From the IMG/VR virus record IMGVR_UViG_3300032282_003852: 64,000 nt of DNA, one strand, 5' to 3'. The stretch comes from an uncultured virus (IMG/VR IMGVR_UViG_3300032282_003852). Lineage: Duplodnaviria > Heunggongvirae > Uroviricota > Caudoviricetes. Below are positions 29,226 to 37,586 of this stretch, one piece after another (position 1 is the first letter of the stretch; every line of letters starts with the position of its first letter). A program made the position numbers and the translations under genes. The notes beneath the pieces were generated by a model. The model worked only from the letters and a program-made list of their open reading frames with translations. It ran no database searches and was not told the origin of the DNA.

Positions 29226-29717
29226 TCAGGCGGATATAGGAGCGGGTGCGGGGGCTGGGGCTGGGGCTGGAGGTGCGGGGGCTGGTGCAGGTGCAGGTGT
29301 AGCAGGGGTGGGTTGTTTAGGTGTAACTTGACCTGTTGAACTGATGCAATTCCCGTCTTTATCTTTTTTGGCGCAGACCGACCCCCAAGCAACGAGAACG
29401 TCCTTTCCGCCTTTCTTGGCCCATCCGTACTTCTTCCCGCCAACCTCAACAGGCTTGTTGTTCTGGAAAGACGACCCCACTTCCTTGGCCTTGATCTTAC
29501 CAGCTCTTTCTGAATCACTGTCTTCGTCAGTGTTCCAATCCTGCGTCCCCTCTTTAACACGACGACACATTCCGAACACCATTTTGGTTCCAGGGGGGCA
29601 CGACTCCCCAGGGGTGTGGGGGATCGGGGCGCTAGCTGCAAAGTCCCAATCTATGATCTGGTAATCAACCCCTTCTCTTAAGTGATCTACGGAGGGGATG
29701 TCGAAACGGCCTAGCAT
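29226..29717 (-). CDS. hypothetical protein with Pro/Ala-rich tail
   Basis: CPPGTKMVFGMC motif; (PA)n C-terminus; GGGTAAG motif upstream. Confidence 0.65.
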   Translation of the reverse strand: MLGRFDIPSVDHLREGVDYQIIDWDFAASAPIPHTPGESCPPGTKMVFGMCRRVKEGTQDWNTDEDSDSERAGKIKAKEVGSSFQNNKPVEVGGKKYGWAKKGGKDVLVAWGSVCAKKDKDGNCISSTGQVTPKQPTPATPAPAPAPAPPAPAPAPAPAPISA

Positions 29718-29770
29718 AATGGTCAGGGAGGATTATTAGATACTTACCCAATTTGCAACCAAAGTAGGGG

Positions 29771-29794
29771 AAAAAGAAAGGGGTGTAGCACCCC
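29771..29794 (-). terminator. intrinsic terminator
   Basis: GGGGTG-cta-CACCCC stem followed by TTTCTTTTT on the minus strand, just after 29812..31050. Confidence 0.55.
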
Positions 29795-29811
29795 CCCTAA
29801 TGAACTAAGTT

Positions 29812-31050
29812 TTATACGGATTGGCTCTCTCTATCAATCTGACTTCTCAGATTCCTTGCCCTTTGCTCCTTTGCCTTTCTCGCTTTATCCTTGGCAATCT
29901 TCTCTCCGATGTTAATGATGTCGTCAACTGACTTACCAGACACCAAGGCTTTCTTACCGCCCCCATCCTCAAAGTATTTACTCAAGACAGCCTTTCCACG
30001 TTTCTCCACCAGTTTCGCTAGAACATTGTAGTCCTTGTCGGTGAGCTTTCTACCTACCCGCTTGGCGAACTTCTCTCCGAGTTTCTGTATAGCTGCCGTG
30101 CCTCCCCCAGCCTCTGTAAGACTTCTCTTGGTCTCATTAACGGGATCAGCTAGTGCCTTCTTACCTCTCGCAACGCTACCCCCGCCAGCTTTAGCCGCCT
30201 CTTGAAGGGACTTCTTACCTTTGGCAATTACTTGCTTCTTATCCTTCAGCTTGGCTCTGGCAACATCACCACCTCCGGCTATGTACGCATCTTTAAGGGC
30301 CTTGTTCCCTTTGGCAATAATGTCCTTAATTGACATTCCTTTAGACCTGGCACCTTCACCGCCACCCGCCTCAAATGCTGCTTTTAAGTTTTTCTTACCT
30401 TGGGCGATAACATCGGCCTTTCCATACCCCTCAGGAGTCTCATCGTATTTCTTTCTCCCACCACCGGCTTCATAAGCAGCTTTCAGACTAGCCGCCCCCC
30501 TACGGATAATGTCTTCTCTATTCTCTCCTTTCTTCAGAGAGGACTCACCACCGCCAGCCTTAAACGCTGCGGCCCTAGCTTGAGCCCCCCTTCGAGCAGC
30601 TTGATCTGCTTTTCTAGCTGATGAGCCTGGCTTAACCCCACCACCAGCCTTAATAGCTGCGGCCCTAGCTTGAGCCCCTCTTTGCACAATTTGGTCTCTG
30701 GAAAGCCCGCTTTTGCCCATGGCTGAGGTTCCACCTCCAAACCCAAAAGCCCTGGCACGAGCGTCCCTACCCCTATTAACAACTTGGGTAGAAGATAAGC
30801 CCTTCTTTACAGCAGAAAGTCCCCCACCTGACTCAAAATCCTTTTGATTCATCAGGGAAACATCTTGCTTAGGGGCCACCTTATTGGGGGCCTGACATGC
30901 TCCCCTAGTCCCATAAGCCGTACCATTAGGTCTGACACACCTTGTGAAGTCGTAGGTATCACCTTCTTCGAACTCTAGGGAGGGATCTTCTAGGTACTGG
31001 AGAATCTCTTGGTAATGGGATAGAGAGTCCTCTGAAAAGTTTCCGTACAT
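29812..31050 (-). CDS. basic Gly/Ala/Lys-rich repeat protein (possible internal head protein)
   Basis: about 25-aa repeats GxxxxxAAxxAGGG; N-terminal GNFSEDSL and YDFTRCVRPNG motifs. Confidence 0.75.
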   Translation of the reverse strand: MYGNFSEDSLSHYQEILQYLEDPSLEFEEGDTYDFTRCVRPNGTAYGTRGACQAPNKVAPKQDVSLMNQKDFESGGGLSAVKKGLSSTQVVNRGRDARARAFGFGGGTSAMGKSGLSRDQIVQRGAQARAAAIKAGGGVKPGSSARKADQAARRGAQARAAAFKAGGGESSLKKGENREDIIRRGAASLKAAYEAGGGRKKYDETPEGYGKADVIAQGKKNLKAAFEAGGGEGARSKGMSIKDIIAKGNKALKDAYIAGGGDVARAKLKDKKQVIAKGKKSLQEAAKAGGGSVARGKKALADPVNETKRSLTEAGGGTAAIQKLGEKFAKRVGRKLTDKDYNVLAKLVEKRGKAVLSKYFEDGGGKKALVSGKSVDDIINIGEKIAKDKARKAKEQRARNLRSQIDRESQSV

Positions 31051-31069
31051 TATACCAGGTGGTAACTAC

Positions 31070-31366
31070 TTATGTTATACCCTTTGTGTTAACATTTACC
31101 TTAGCACTGTAGCTGCCCATACTCACGGAAACTTCCTTCACATCAGGGATTGCATCGGTTGCTACAGACTCTGGCTGCTCGGGAGCCCCCTCAGGGGCTG
31201 GTTTATTAGGTGGAGTGCATCTTCCCTTGGTTCCGTAGATTGACCCGTCTGGCCTAATGCACCTTGTGAAGTCATACACCCCCTCATAGTCTTCTCCCGA
31301 CTCAGTGTATAGCTGAACCAGAGATTGATACAAGTCGAGCGACTCCTCTGAAAAACCACCCCTCAT
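31070..31366 (-). CDS. hypothetical protein sharing the N-terminal module of 29812..31050
   Basis: GGFSEESL..YDFTRCIRPDGSIYGTKGRC. Confidence 0.7.
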   Translation of the reverse strand: MRGGFSEESLDLYQSLVQLYTESGEDYEGVYDFTRCIRPDGSIYGTKGRCTPPNKPAPEGAPEQPESVATDAIPDVKEVSVSMGSYSAKVNVNTKGIT

Positions 31367-31755
31367 TCCTTTTCTCCCTTTACAGAAGTAATGAAGTTTA
31401 GCAGCTCATGGTCATTAACTGATTCAGCCCATTTCACAATATCTGCCCAATACGCAGATGAGGACTTCCCCTTAGCAATGTTCTTTGCGTGTCTTGCCTT
31501 AAACGATTCCCTGCGCTTGCGGTAAGCCTCGGATTCCCCCTCTTTATGGGGGGAGCCTTTGACACCCTGTTGACCAAACCTAATCAACTTCCCGCCTTCG
31601 GGGGCACCAGGGTAACACGCCTTAACCACATGCGACTTTGTAGGATGATTCGGTGTAGCCCTAGGCTTATTACACTCCATCTCACCCTTGTCAAGTCTTT
31701 CACCATAATCATGGTAAAACTGCTCTAGTAGATTTTCGGGAAAATACCCAAACAT
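31363..31755 (-). CDS. conserved small basic phage protein
   Basis: NKPRATPNHPTKSHVV..IRFGQQG..RRESFKARH..SAYWA..KW, a motif common in large-phage head regions. Confidence 0.7.
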   Translation of the reverse strand: MFGYFPENLLEQFYHDYGERLDKGEMECNKPRATPNHPTKSHVVKACYPGAPEGGKLIRFGQQGVKGSPHKEGESEAYRKRRESFKARHAKNIAKGKSSSAYWADIVKWAESVNDHELLNFITSVKGEKE

Positions 31756-31785
31756 TGACCAGCCTCCATTAAGACTTAACCTTAA

Positions 31786-32169
31786 TCAGTCTTCGTTATA
31801 GCGAAGGTAATCAGCCACAGCAGAAAGGTTCTGCTTACTCATTGTAATTTTCGCAGCTACCCAGGGCTCTAGATAGTCATCCGTGGAGATTTCACTAAGG
31901 ATGTCCATAATATCCTGAGCCATTGACCTTAGTTGACCCATGGCCATGCGAGCATTGGGCTCAAACTCCTCTTCATCCTCATCTTCATCCTCATGACCCC
32001 ACTCCATTCCCTCCTCTTCATCCCCATCTTCATCCATGAAGAATGATCCAGAAGCGGTGTTAGGAGCAACATGGGCAGCAGGTCCCATAACCATAAAGTT
32101 AGTAGGGTTCTGTACCCCGTTAGTGAAAGCCTGATAGGAGTCAGGTGAGAATGATCCGCAAGTTGACAT
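31786..32169 (-). CDS. conserved phage hypothetical protein
   Basis: acidic linker plus MAMGQL..LEPWVAAKIT..ADYL helical domain. Confidence 0.7.
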   Translation of the reverse strand: MSTCGSFSPDSYQAFTNGVQNPTNFMVMGPAAHVAPNTASGSFFMDEDGDEEEGMEWGHEDEDEDEEEFEPNARMAMGQLRSMAQDIMDILSEISTDDYLEPWVAAKITMSKQNLSAVADYLRYNED

Positions 32170-32211
32170 TTTTCTCTAATGTACTGTCTTTCTAACTTTA
32201 CCCACTATGCC

Positions 32212-32730
32212 TTAGGGTCTTTTGGTCTTCTTGTGCTTTGCCCACAGATCAGCATCAGCTTTCCTAGCCTTTCCTACGCCTGTCACAAAAGAGTTGACCC
32301 TACCCAATGCCCATTGTTGTGGAGCTACTCCTGGCCTGTGACCCGATCGCCAGGCGGCCATCCCCCTGTTGTAAACTTCTCTCAAGATAGAGAGTGAAAT
32401 GCCAGACGCCTTTGCCTTACCTTTAAGGGCCTCATCAACAGAGGAATCTTCGGCGAACCGGGACTCAAACGCCTTAGTTGCCTTAGACTTAGGGATGTTC
32501 TTGTTTCTGCCCCGGTACCTTTTGTCAGATTCCCAATCCTTGTACAGTTCCTTTGACCCTACGGATGGATCCTTGGCCCTGGACATTGTATCCTTGGCTT
32601 CCCGCTTAGCAATACTTTGCTCCTCCGCAGTCAGACCTTTTCTGTAGTTTTTAGATAAAGACTTTTCAATAAAGTCTATGTTAAACCCCAGGCTTGCAAG
32701 CCGGTCAAGGTCAAGAGGGAAGTCAAGCAT
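32212..32730 (-). CDS. conserved viral protein (DUF5824-like)
   Basis: KAKASGISLSILREVYNRGMAAWRSGHRPG..QQWALGRVNSF..ADADL; family name from recall. Confidence 0.65.
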   Translation of the reverse strand: MLDFPLDLDRLASLGFNIDFIEKSLSKNYRKGLTAEEQSIAKREAKDTMSRAKDPSVGSKELYKDWESDKRYRGRNKNIPKSKATKAFESRFAEDSSVDEALKGKAKASGISLSILREVYNRGMAAWRSGHRPGVAPQQWALGRVNSFVTGVGKARKADADLWAKHKKTKRP

Positions 32731-33058
32731 CTCTTATCCCTTCCCTCCTGTAGAAGTCTAACCTGAGACTCTCAACCTTCTCAACTAAGCGAAGGTGGTC
32801 TTCTCTAAGGACATACTTAGTGGGTAGTTCGGCCCTCATGTCGTTGATTACGTCTTCTACTCTCTGAACATGGGACAAGACCAGATCCATCTGGGACTTA
32901 TTTTCTGCAAAGATTTTGTCAACTCGGTCGTCGGACGCTCTTCTTACCTGCTCTACTCTCTCTGTGCCTTTATTCTGGAGCCAGAATGCTCCCCCTATGC
33001 CGCCACAAGCGGCAGTCAGGAGAAGACCGGCAATACCGAGTACGATTTCAACCCCCAT
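32723..33058 (-). CDS. single-pass membrane coiled-coil protein (holin-like candidate)
   Basis: N-terminal hydrophobic helix followed by a coiled coil with LPTKYVLRED. Confidence 0.55.
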   Translation of the reverse strand: MGVEIVLGIAGLLLTAACGGIGGAFWLQNKGTERVEQVRRASDDRVDKIFAENKSQMDLVLSHVQRVEDVINDMRAELPTKYVLREDHLRLVEKVESLRLDFYRREGIRDA

Positions 33059-33062
33059 GGCA

Positions 33063-34028
33063 TCACTCCGGTAGTCCTGATTTACCTGCCTCTAAACGTT
33101 GTTTTACGGTTTCTGGTAGACCACTTGTCCATCCATTTTCTTTGGCTAAACGGATTATGTTCTCCATCACCTTTTTGGGGTTATCTGCTCTGCCAACTGA
33201 AGACCATGCAGCGGATACATCTTCGGGGCTTGAGACCGGAAAGGACGTCCCAGGACCAGCAAAACCACCCTTCATCTTCCCTTTCTTTAGCTTAACCCTC
33301 TTCTCCTCGGGCCACTCCCTGAACTCCGGGGAGGGTAAGCCAGATTCACCCTTATCAAGTCTGTCCTTAACGGACTTAGGGAGACCGGAAGTCCACCCAT
33401 ACTTGCGGGAAATGCGGATGATCTCAGCCATCACCTGTCTAGGGTTGGCGGCTCTGCCTACGGATGACCATGCGGAGGATACATCCTGGGGGCCAGCGAT
33501 CGGGAATGACATGTTAGGGCCAGCGAACTCACCCTTGACCTTACCATCCTGCAGCTTCTGCCTCTCCTTATCACTCCATTCCCTGTAGGTATGCTTCCCA
33601 ACAGCCTTCTTACAGGAGGAACATGAGCATTTACCAGGGCCTTTGCAACCCTTGCTACACCCGTCTTGGGAGAATGGTTGGGGCATTGACATTAACTCGC
33701 TGTCATCAGCGAAGTTGTATTCTTTACGCTTAAGCTCCATAAAGGCGTTGGCTCTAGCCTTCTTTCTGCTCATGATTTCCTCCATAGCTTGTTGAGAGTC
33801 AGCATTTTCGTTCCTGTCCCGGTTGATCAAGTTCCTTCTACGCTCTCTAGAAGCCTTATTAGCTTCCAGCTTAGATTCATTGTGGAATGTCAGGTTGCCG
33901 TCTTCGTCGGTCCTCCACTTTTTACCAGCCTTGTTCATCTGCTCTAGTTTATCGGAGGATATGGCAGTTGCTGCATTTAGGGTTCCCCCTACCCCCGGCA
34001 GCGTCACTGAAGAGAAGTCTAGGTTCAT
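33063..34028 (-). CDS. hypothetical protein with duplicated ~85-aa C-terminal domain
   Basis: two copies of REW..R.KL..GK.KG.FAGP..SFP...P.DVS.AWSSVGRA.NP..GWTSGLP; Cys-rich linker. Confidence 0.75.
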   Translation of the reverse strand: MNLDFSSVTLPGVGGTLNAATAISSDKLEQMNKAGKKWRTDEDGNLTFHNESKLEANKASRERRRNLINRDRNENADSQQAMEEIMSRKKARANAFMELKRKEYNFADDSELMSMPQPFSQDGCSKGCKGPGKCSCSSCKKAVGKHTYREWSDKERQKLQDGKVKGEFAGPNMSFPIAGPQDVSSAWSSVGRAANPRQVMAEIIRISRKYGWTSGLPKSVKDRLDKGESGLPSPEFREWPEEKRVKLKKGKMKGGFAGPGTSFPVSSPEDVSAAWSSVGRADNPKKVMENIIRLAKENGWTSGLPETVKQRLEAGKSGLPE

Positions 34029-34110
34029 CCCGTAGTATGTAAAAACTCTTAGATACTTACCCTTACTTTACTCACGTTGTTAATAGAATTTCACCTTTAC
34101 TCAGCTTTAC

Positions 34111-34812
34111 TCAGGCTTTGGCCGTATCCATCTTCCCCTTCAAACCAACCAGCACCATCAAGGTCACATCCCCCAGCACCTCTACAATGTCGTCCATCTC
34201 CGCAAAGTTTGTATAAGGTCTCAGAAAAGCCTGAACTTTCCCCATATCATCTTTAGACCTTTCCTGAACCATTGCCAATAGCTCTTTAGGGGTGGGTAAC
34301 CTGCTGGCAAGGATAGAGGCACCTATTCCAGAGACCTTTCCAGCCAAAACCGGCAAGGCAGTCTCAACTATTGTGCTAACCTCTTTAGCAGATAGCATGA
34401 GTTCTGCCCCTGTGTGGGAACTTTTCCCTATAAAGGCTGCGGCCAACTCTGTAAACAGCTTCTTGGAAAACTCATCAGCGTTTTTTATATGCTTAATGTC
34501 CATACCTGTAGCTGTCAACCCTTGAATGGCAGTCTCAGCTAACTTAACACTAGCATCCCTAGGGATTCCGTACCTACTTTCCAAATAAGAAGAGACAAGG
34601 TTCCCGAGAACCTTGCCTGCCTTCCAAGCTGCTACGTTTTTCCCAATGTGGTCGGCAACGTCAGTTCCCTTTTCAGAGATTTCGTCCCCTATCCTTCTGA
34701 GAGGCCCCTTTAACCGCTCAGCCAGGTTAAACCTACAATGGTAGTCTCTGTTGACGCAGGCAGTGAAACATGGTTTCCCCTTAGAGCATCTATTACCCCC
34801 GAAAGAAGCCAT
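34111..34812 (-). CDS. Cys4-tagged non-kinase helical protein
   Basis: N-terminal RCSKGKPCFTACVNRDYHC; no kinase motifs. Confidence 0.75.
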   Translation of the reverse strand: MASFGGNRCSKGKPCFTACVNRDYHCRFNLAERLKGPLRRIGDEISEKGTDVADHIGKNVAAWKAGKVLGNLVSSYLESRYGIPRDASVKLAETAIQGLTATGMDIKHIKNADEFSKKLFTELAAAFIGKSSHTGAELMLSAKEVSTIVETALPVLAGKVSGIGASILASRLPTPKELLAMVQERSKDDMGKVQAFLRPYTNFAEMDDIVEVLGDVTLMVLVGLKGKMDTAKA

Positions 34813-34817
34813 GATTC

Positions 34818-34982
34818 TCAGACGTAAGCCATACCTTCAATCACTTCCGGAGACACTTCCCCTTCTCTCTCAAGGCGGAACGCTTCATCCAGGAGCTTCT
34901 TAGCTTCGTCTCTCTTCTTGGGATCCCTGCGGGCAATCTTATAAGCAGTCATAACCCGCTGATACTTTTCGTCGTCTTTCAT
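34818..34982 (-). CDS. small helical protein (54 aa), putative kinase partner A; absent from the ORF track
   Basis: translated by hand: MKDDEKYQRVMTAYKIARRDPKKRDEAKKLLDEAFRLEREGEVSPEVIEGMAYV; SD AAGGAG; paralogue at 37360..37521. Confidence 0.8.
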   Translation of the reverse strand: MKDDEKYQRVMTAYKIARRDPKKRDEAKKLLDEAFRLEREGEVSPEVIEGMAYV

Positions 34983-35023
34983 GGTTCTCCTTGGTGATGG
35001 TGGTGGTTTCCCACTTCCTTAGT

Positions 35024-35053
35024 ATTATACCCCCCTTACCCCTTACCCGTCAA
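35024..35053 (-). promoter_or_regulatory. sigma70-type promoter for 34818..34982
   Basis: TTGACG-18 nt-TATAAT; the spacer also contains GGGTAAG twice. Confidence 0.75.
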
Positions 35054-35070
35054 CCCCCCTCTGCCTGAGA

Positions 35071-36108
35071 CTATTCCACACCCTCGTACAAGTCTCTGAC
35101 CAGCCCTTGGGCCTCCTCTTCCGTGAGCCTCCCCCAAGCCCCAGTATTGAAGAACTTCTCCTTTTTCCTAATCCCACCCTGCATAATCGTCTCTATCTCC
35201 CTGTTGCTGAACCCCTTATCAATCAACAGTTGTTCTATGTATGGAAGGTTAGCCCTGACGGTAAGACCATGACCTTTCCCTCTTTCCGCTGAGAACTGGA
35301 AGTTTGTCCCGCTCAATGAGCCTAGGGCTTCGGCCAGCGCAGCCTTGGAAGAAACCTGAGCCAATCCAAAGTCTATCAGCCTGGCTTTAGGAGGGCGGCC
35401 AAAGGAATCAATCATTACGTTTCCCCCATGTAGGTCGTTATGGGCAATCCCTAGCTTATGAAGAGCTGCCATCGCCTCCCAGTACATTTCTGATTTTGGG
35501 TACCCATTGATATCAGCGGGAGAGAAGTTATACCTGCGCCCTGGAACGGTCGTCATAGCTATGGCCCCATTGGACCCTTCGATCTTTCCCTTCCCCGGCT
35601 TGACTTCCGGTGATACCCTGGCCCCTATCAACTGAGGGCCTAAGTCATTCTTCCCCACAATGTCTAAAGCCCTGACCTCGTTTGGACCAATCTTTCCAGT
35701 TTTAACCCCAACCACATTAGGTAGTTTATTGTAGTCCGCTTTATCGGGCATAAGCCTATACCCAGGTATGGAGGAAAAAGACCCAAAATCACCACTACCA
35801 ACACGGTTGACGTCAGACCCTAAGATTGCTCTCCAGTTGATTCCAGATTCCTTAACTATCCCGTCTGTCTTAACTAGGCTCTGCTCTTCCCTGAGGGCGT
35901 TGAGAACTCTCCGTGCCTGTAGTTGACTGGGCCTAGCTGAAGGGTCGGCAGACTTAGCGATCTTGTATTCTGCCGACTTCTCTTTGATTGCGCCTCGTGT
36001 TGATTTAAGGGATTTTGAGATACTAGCCTCCAGGCCCATTAGGCAGTCCTTGTCCCTCTCTATGCAGGTTGCCCCGCATGGCTTACCCTTCTCACATCTT
36101 TTGCTCAT
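35071..36108 (-). CDS. protein-kinase-like enzyme (copy 2) with Cys4 tag
   Basis: GSGDFG, GVKTGKIG..NE, HNDLHGGN, DFG; RCEKGKPCGATCIERDKDC. Confidence 0.85.
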   Translation of the reverse strand: MSKRCEKGKPCGATCIERDKDCLMGLEASISKSLKSTRGAIKEKSAEYKIAKSADPSARPSQLQARRVLNALREEQSLVKTDGIVKESGINWRAILGSDVNRVGSGDFGSFSSIPGYRLMPDKADYNKLPNVVGVKTGKIGPNEVRALDIVGKNDLGPQLIGARVSPEVKPGKGKIEGSNGAIAMTTVPGRRYNFSPADINGYPKSEMYWEAMAALHKLGIAHNDLHGGNVMIDSFGRPPKARLIDFGLAQVSSKAALAEALGSLSGTNFQFSAERGKGHGLTVRANLPYIEQLLIDKGFSNREIETIMQGGIRKKEKFFNTGAWGRLTEEEAQGLVRDLYEGVE

Positions 36109-36132
36109 TTTCTAGATCCTCTATCTTTGGGG

Positions 36133-37299
36133 TCAAACTATTCCTTCATACAGGGTATTGATTAAGGCTTTGGCTTCAGTGTCTGAGAGTCTGGCCCATG
36201 CCCCCCTGTCGAAGTGGTCGTCAGACTGTCGGATGGTTGTCCTCATGATTGTGGCAATGTCGGACGGACTTAGCCCTTTACTCTCCAAAATGTCTCTCAC
36301 TTTGTCGAGATTCCTTGAAGCCGTTAAACCGTGACCAAAGGATGATGACCCCTCAAATTGGTAGTTAGCCCCGTTTTTAAACCCTAACGCCTCTGCTAAA
36401 GCGGCCTTAGGGGAAAGCTGAGCTAGTCCTAAGTCTACAAACCTTCCCTTCCCGTTAGAGTCTATGTACACGTTACCACCGTGCATGTCATTATGGGCAA
36501 CCCCTAGCTTATGTAACCTGGCCACAGCCTCCCAATAGGCGTCACTCTTATCTTTACCGTTCGCCAGAGTGGACGGGGAGTCTGCGAACCTTTTCCCCGG
36601 AACCCTTGTCATGGCTATCACACCTTTGGACGTCTCAAACCCGTACGAGTCCTTCTCCACTTCAGAAGATACCCTAGACCCCAGTATTCTGGGAGCTATG
36701 TCTGAATTTTGGAGAGCTTTGAGAACTTTTACTTCATGCACTCCTATGTTCCCTGCCTTTATACCTGTCCCATCAGGGTACTTATTCCCCCCTTTCTTAA
36801 GAAACTTCTCAGGAGGCACGGCTGCGAATCCACCAAAAGATCCCCTACCAACGAATCTAACCCCTGACCCTAGAGCTGCATTCCAGTTAACGTCCTTTTC
36901 CTTAACAGCCCCGTCTGTTCTTTTAACCCCAACTTCAGTCTTAAGGTCATTAAGGATCTCTTTAGCGTCATCCTTAACACCTTTCAAGTCTCTAAGTTTC
37001 CAATAAGAAACACTCCCTACAGTTTCTGGAGTAAAGGATTTCACTGTGTAGGGGGAGCTTTGCTTAGCTGCCTTGGGCTTCTTTCTAGACTGGACTGTAT
37101 CCCTCATCTTCCCAATAGAGCTGCCCATAGCCCACGGGAAGTCAACCCAACAAACCTTAGAGTTATTGATGCAAGCGGCTCCGCAGCTCTTGCCTTTCTT
37201 GCATCGCTTTCTCATGGAGCCAGAAACTAGGCCCCCCATTCGTTTCATCTGAGCCTTCTTGGCTTGATTGATCTTAGCCTCGGGGACCATTTTCGCCAC
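36133..37299 (-). CDS. protein-kinase-like enzyme (copy 3) with Cys4 tag
   Basis: GRGSFG, GIKAGNIG..HE, HNDMHGGN, DLG; RCKKGKSCGAACINNSKVC; the start may be the ATG at 37290. Confidence 0.85.
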   Translation of the reverse strand: MAKMVPEAKINQAKKAQMKRMGGLVSGSMRKRCKKGKSCGAACINNSKVCWVDFPWAMGSSIGKMRDTVQSRKKPKAAKQSSPYTVKSFTPETVGSVSYWKLRDLKGVKDDAKEILNDLKTEVGVKRTDGAVKEKDVNWNAALGSGVRFVGRGSFGGFAAVPPEKFLKKGGNKYPDGTGIKAGNIGVHEVKVLKALQNSDIAPRILGSRVSSEVEKDSYGFETSKGVIAMTRVPGKRFADSPSTLANGKDKSDAYWEAVARLHKLGVAHNDMHGGNVYIDSNGKGRFVDLGLAQLSPKAALAEALGFKNGANYQFEGSSSFGHGLTASRNLDKVRDILESKGLSPSDIATIMRTTIRQSDDHFDRGAWARLSDTEAKALINTLYEGIV

Positions 37300-37359
37300 A
37301 AGTTAAAATAGTTTTTTACCCTATTTTAACTGCGGATACCTCACCAGTTAGCTATTGAA

Positions 37360-37521
37360 TCAAATGTAAGTCCCCCCTAAAAACCCATCATCACTAACTT
37401 TCCCCGTCTCCTTCAGGGACATGGCGGCATCCAGGTACTTAAGGGCCTTCTCCCTGTCCTTATGCCGAAAATGCTTGTACTTGTCCATAAGTGCGACGTA
37501 ACGCTCGTCATCGGTCTTCAT
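37360..37521 (-). CDS. small helical protein (53 aa), putative kinase partner B; absent from the ORF track
   Basis: translated by hand: MKTDDERYVALMDKYKHFRHKDREKALKYLDAAMSLKETGKVSDDGFLGGTYI; aligns with 34818..34982. Confidence 0.8.
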   Translation of the reverse strand: MKTDDERYVALMDKYKHFRHKDREKALKYLDAAMSLKETGKVSDDGFLGGTYI

Positions 37522-37549
37522 TTTCTTTCCCATTACCAGTTACCTTGTA

Positions 37550-37578
37550 AGTTTACCACGTTGGGGTCAAGCTGTCAA
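37550..37578 (-). promoter_or_regulatory. sigma70-type promoter for 37360..37521
   Basis: TTGACA-17 nt-TAAACT with TGn extension. Confidence 0.75.
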
Positions 37579-37586
37579 GTCCAGGG

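Noticed and set aside
32870..33588. Plus-strand ORFs of 141 and 200 aa
   Set aside because: Antisense to well-supported minus-strand genes
37340..37380. Possible frameshift in the G-run of small protein B
   Set aside because: The run is six G, so the frame reads LGGTYI-stop and matches the paralogue end GMAYV-stop
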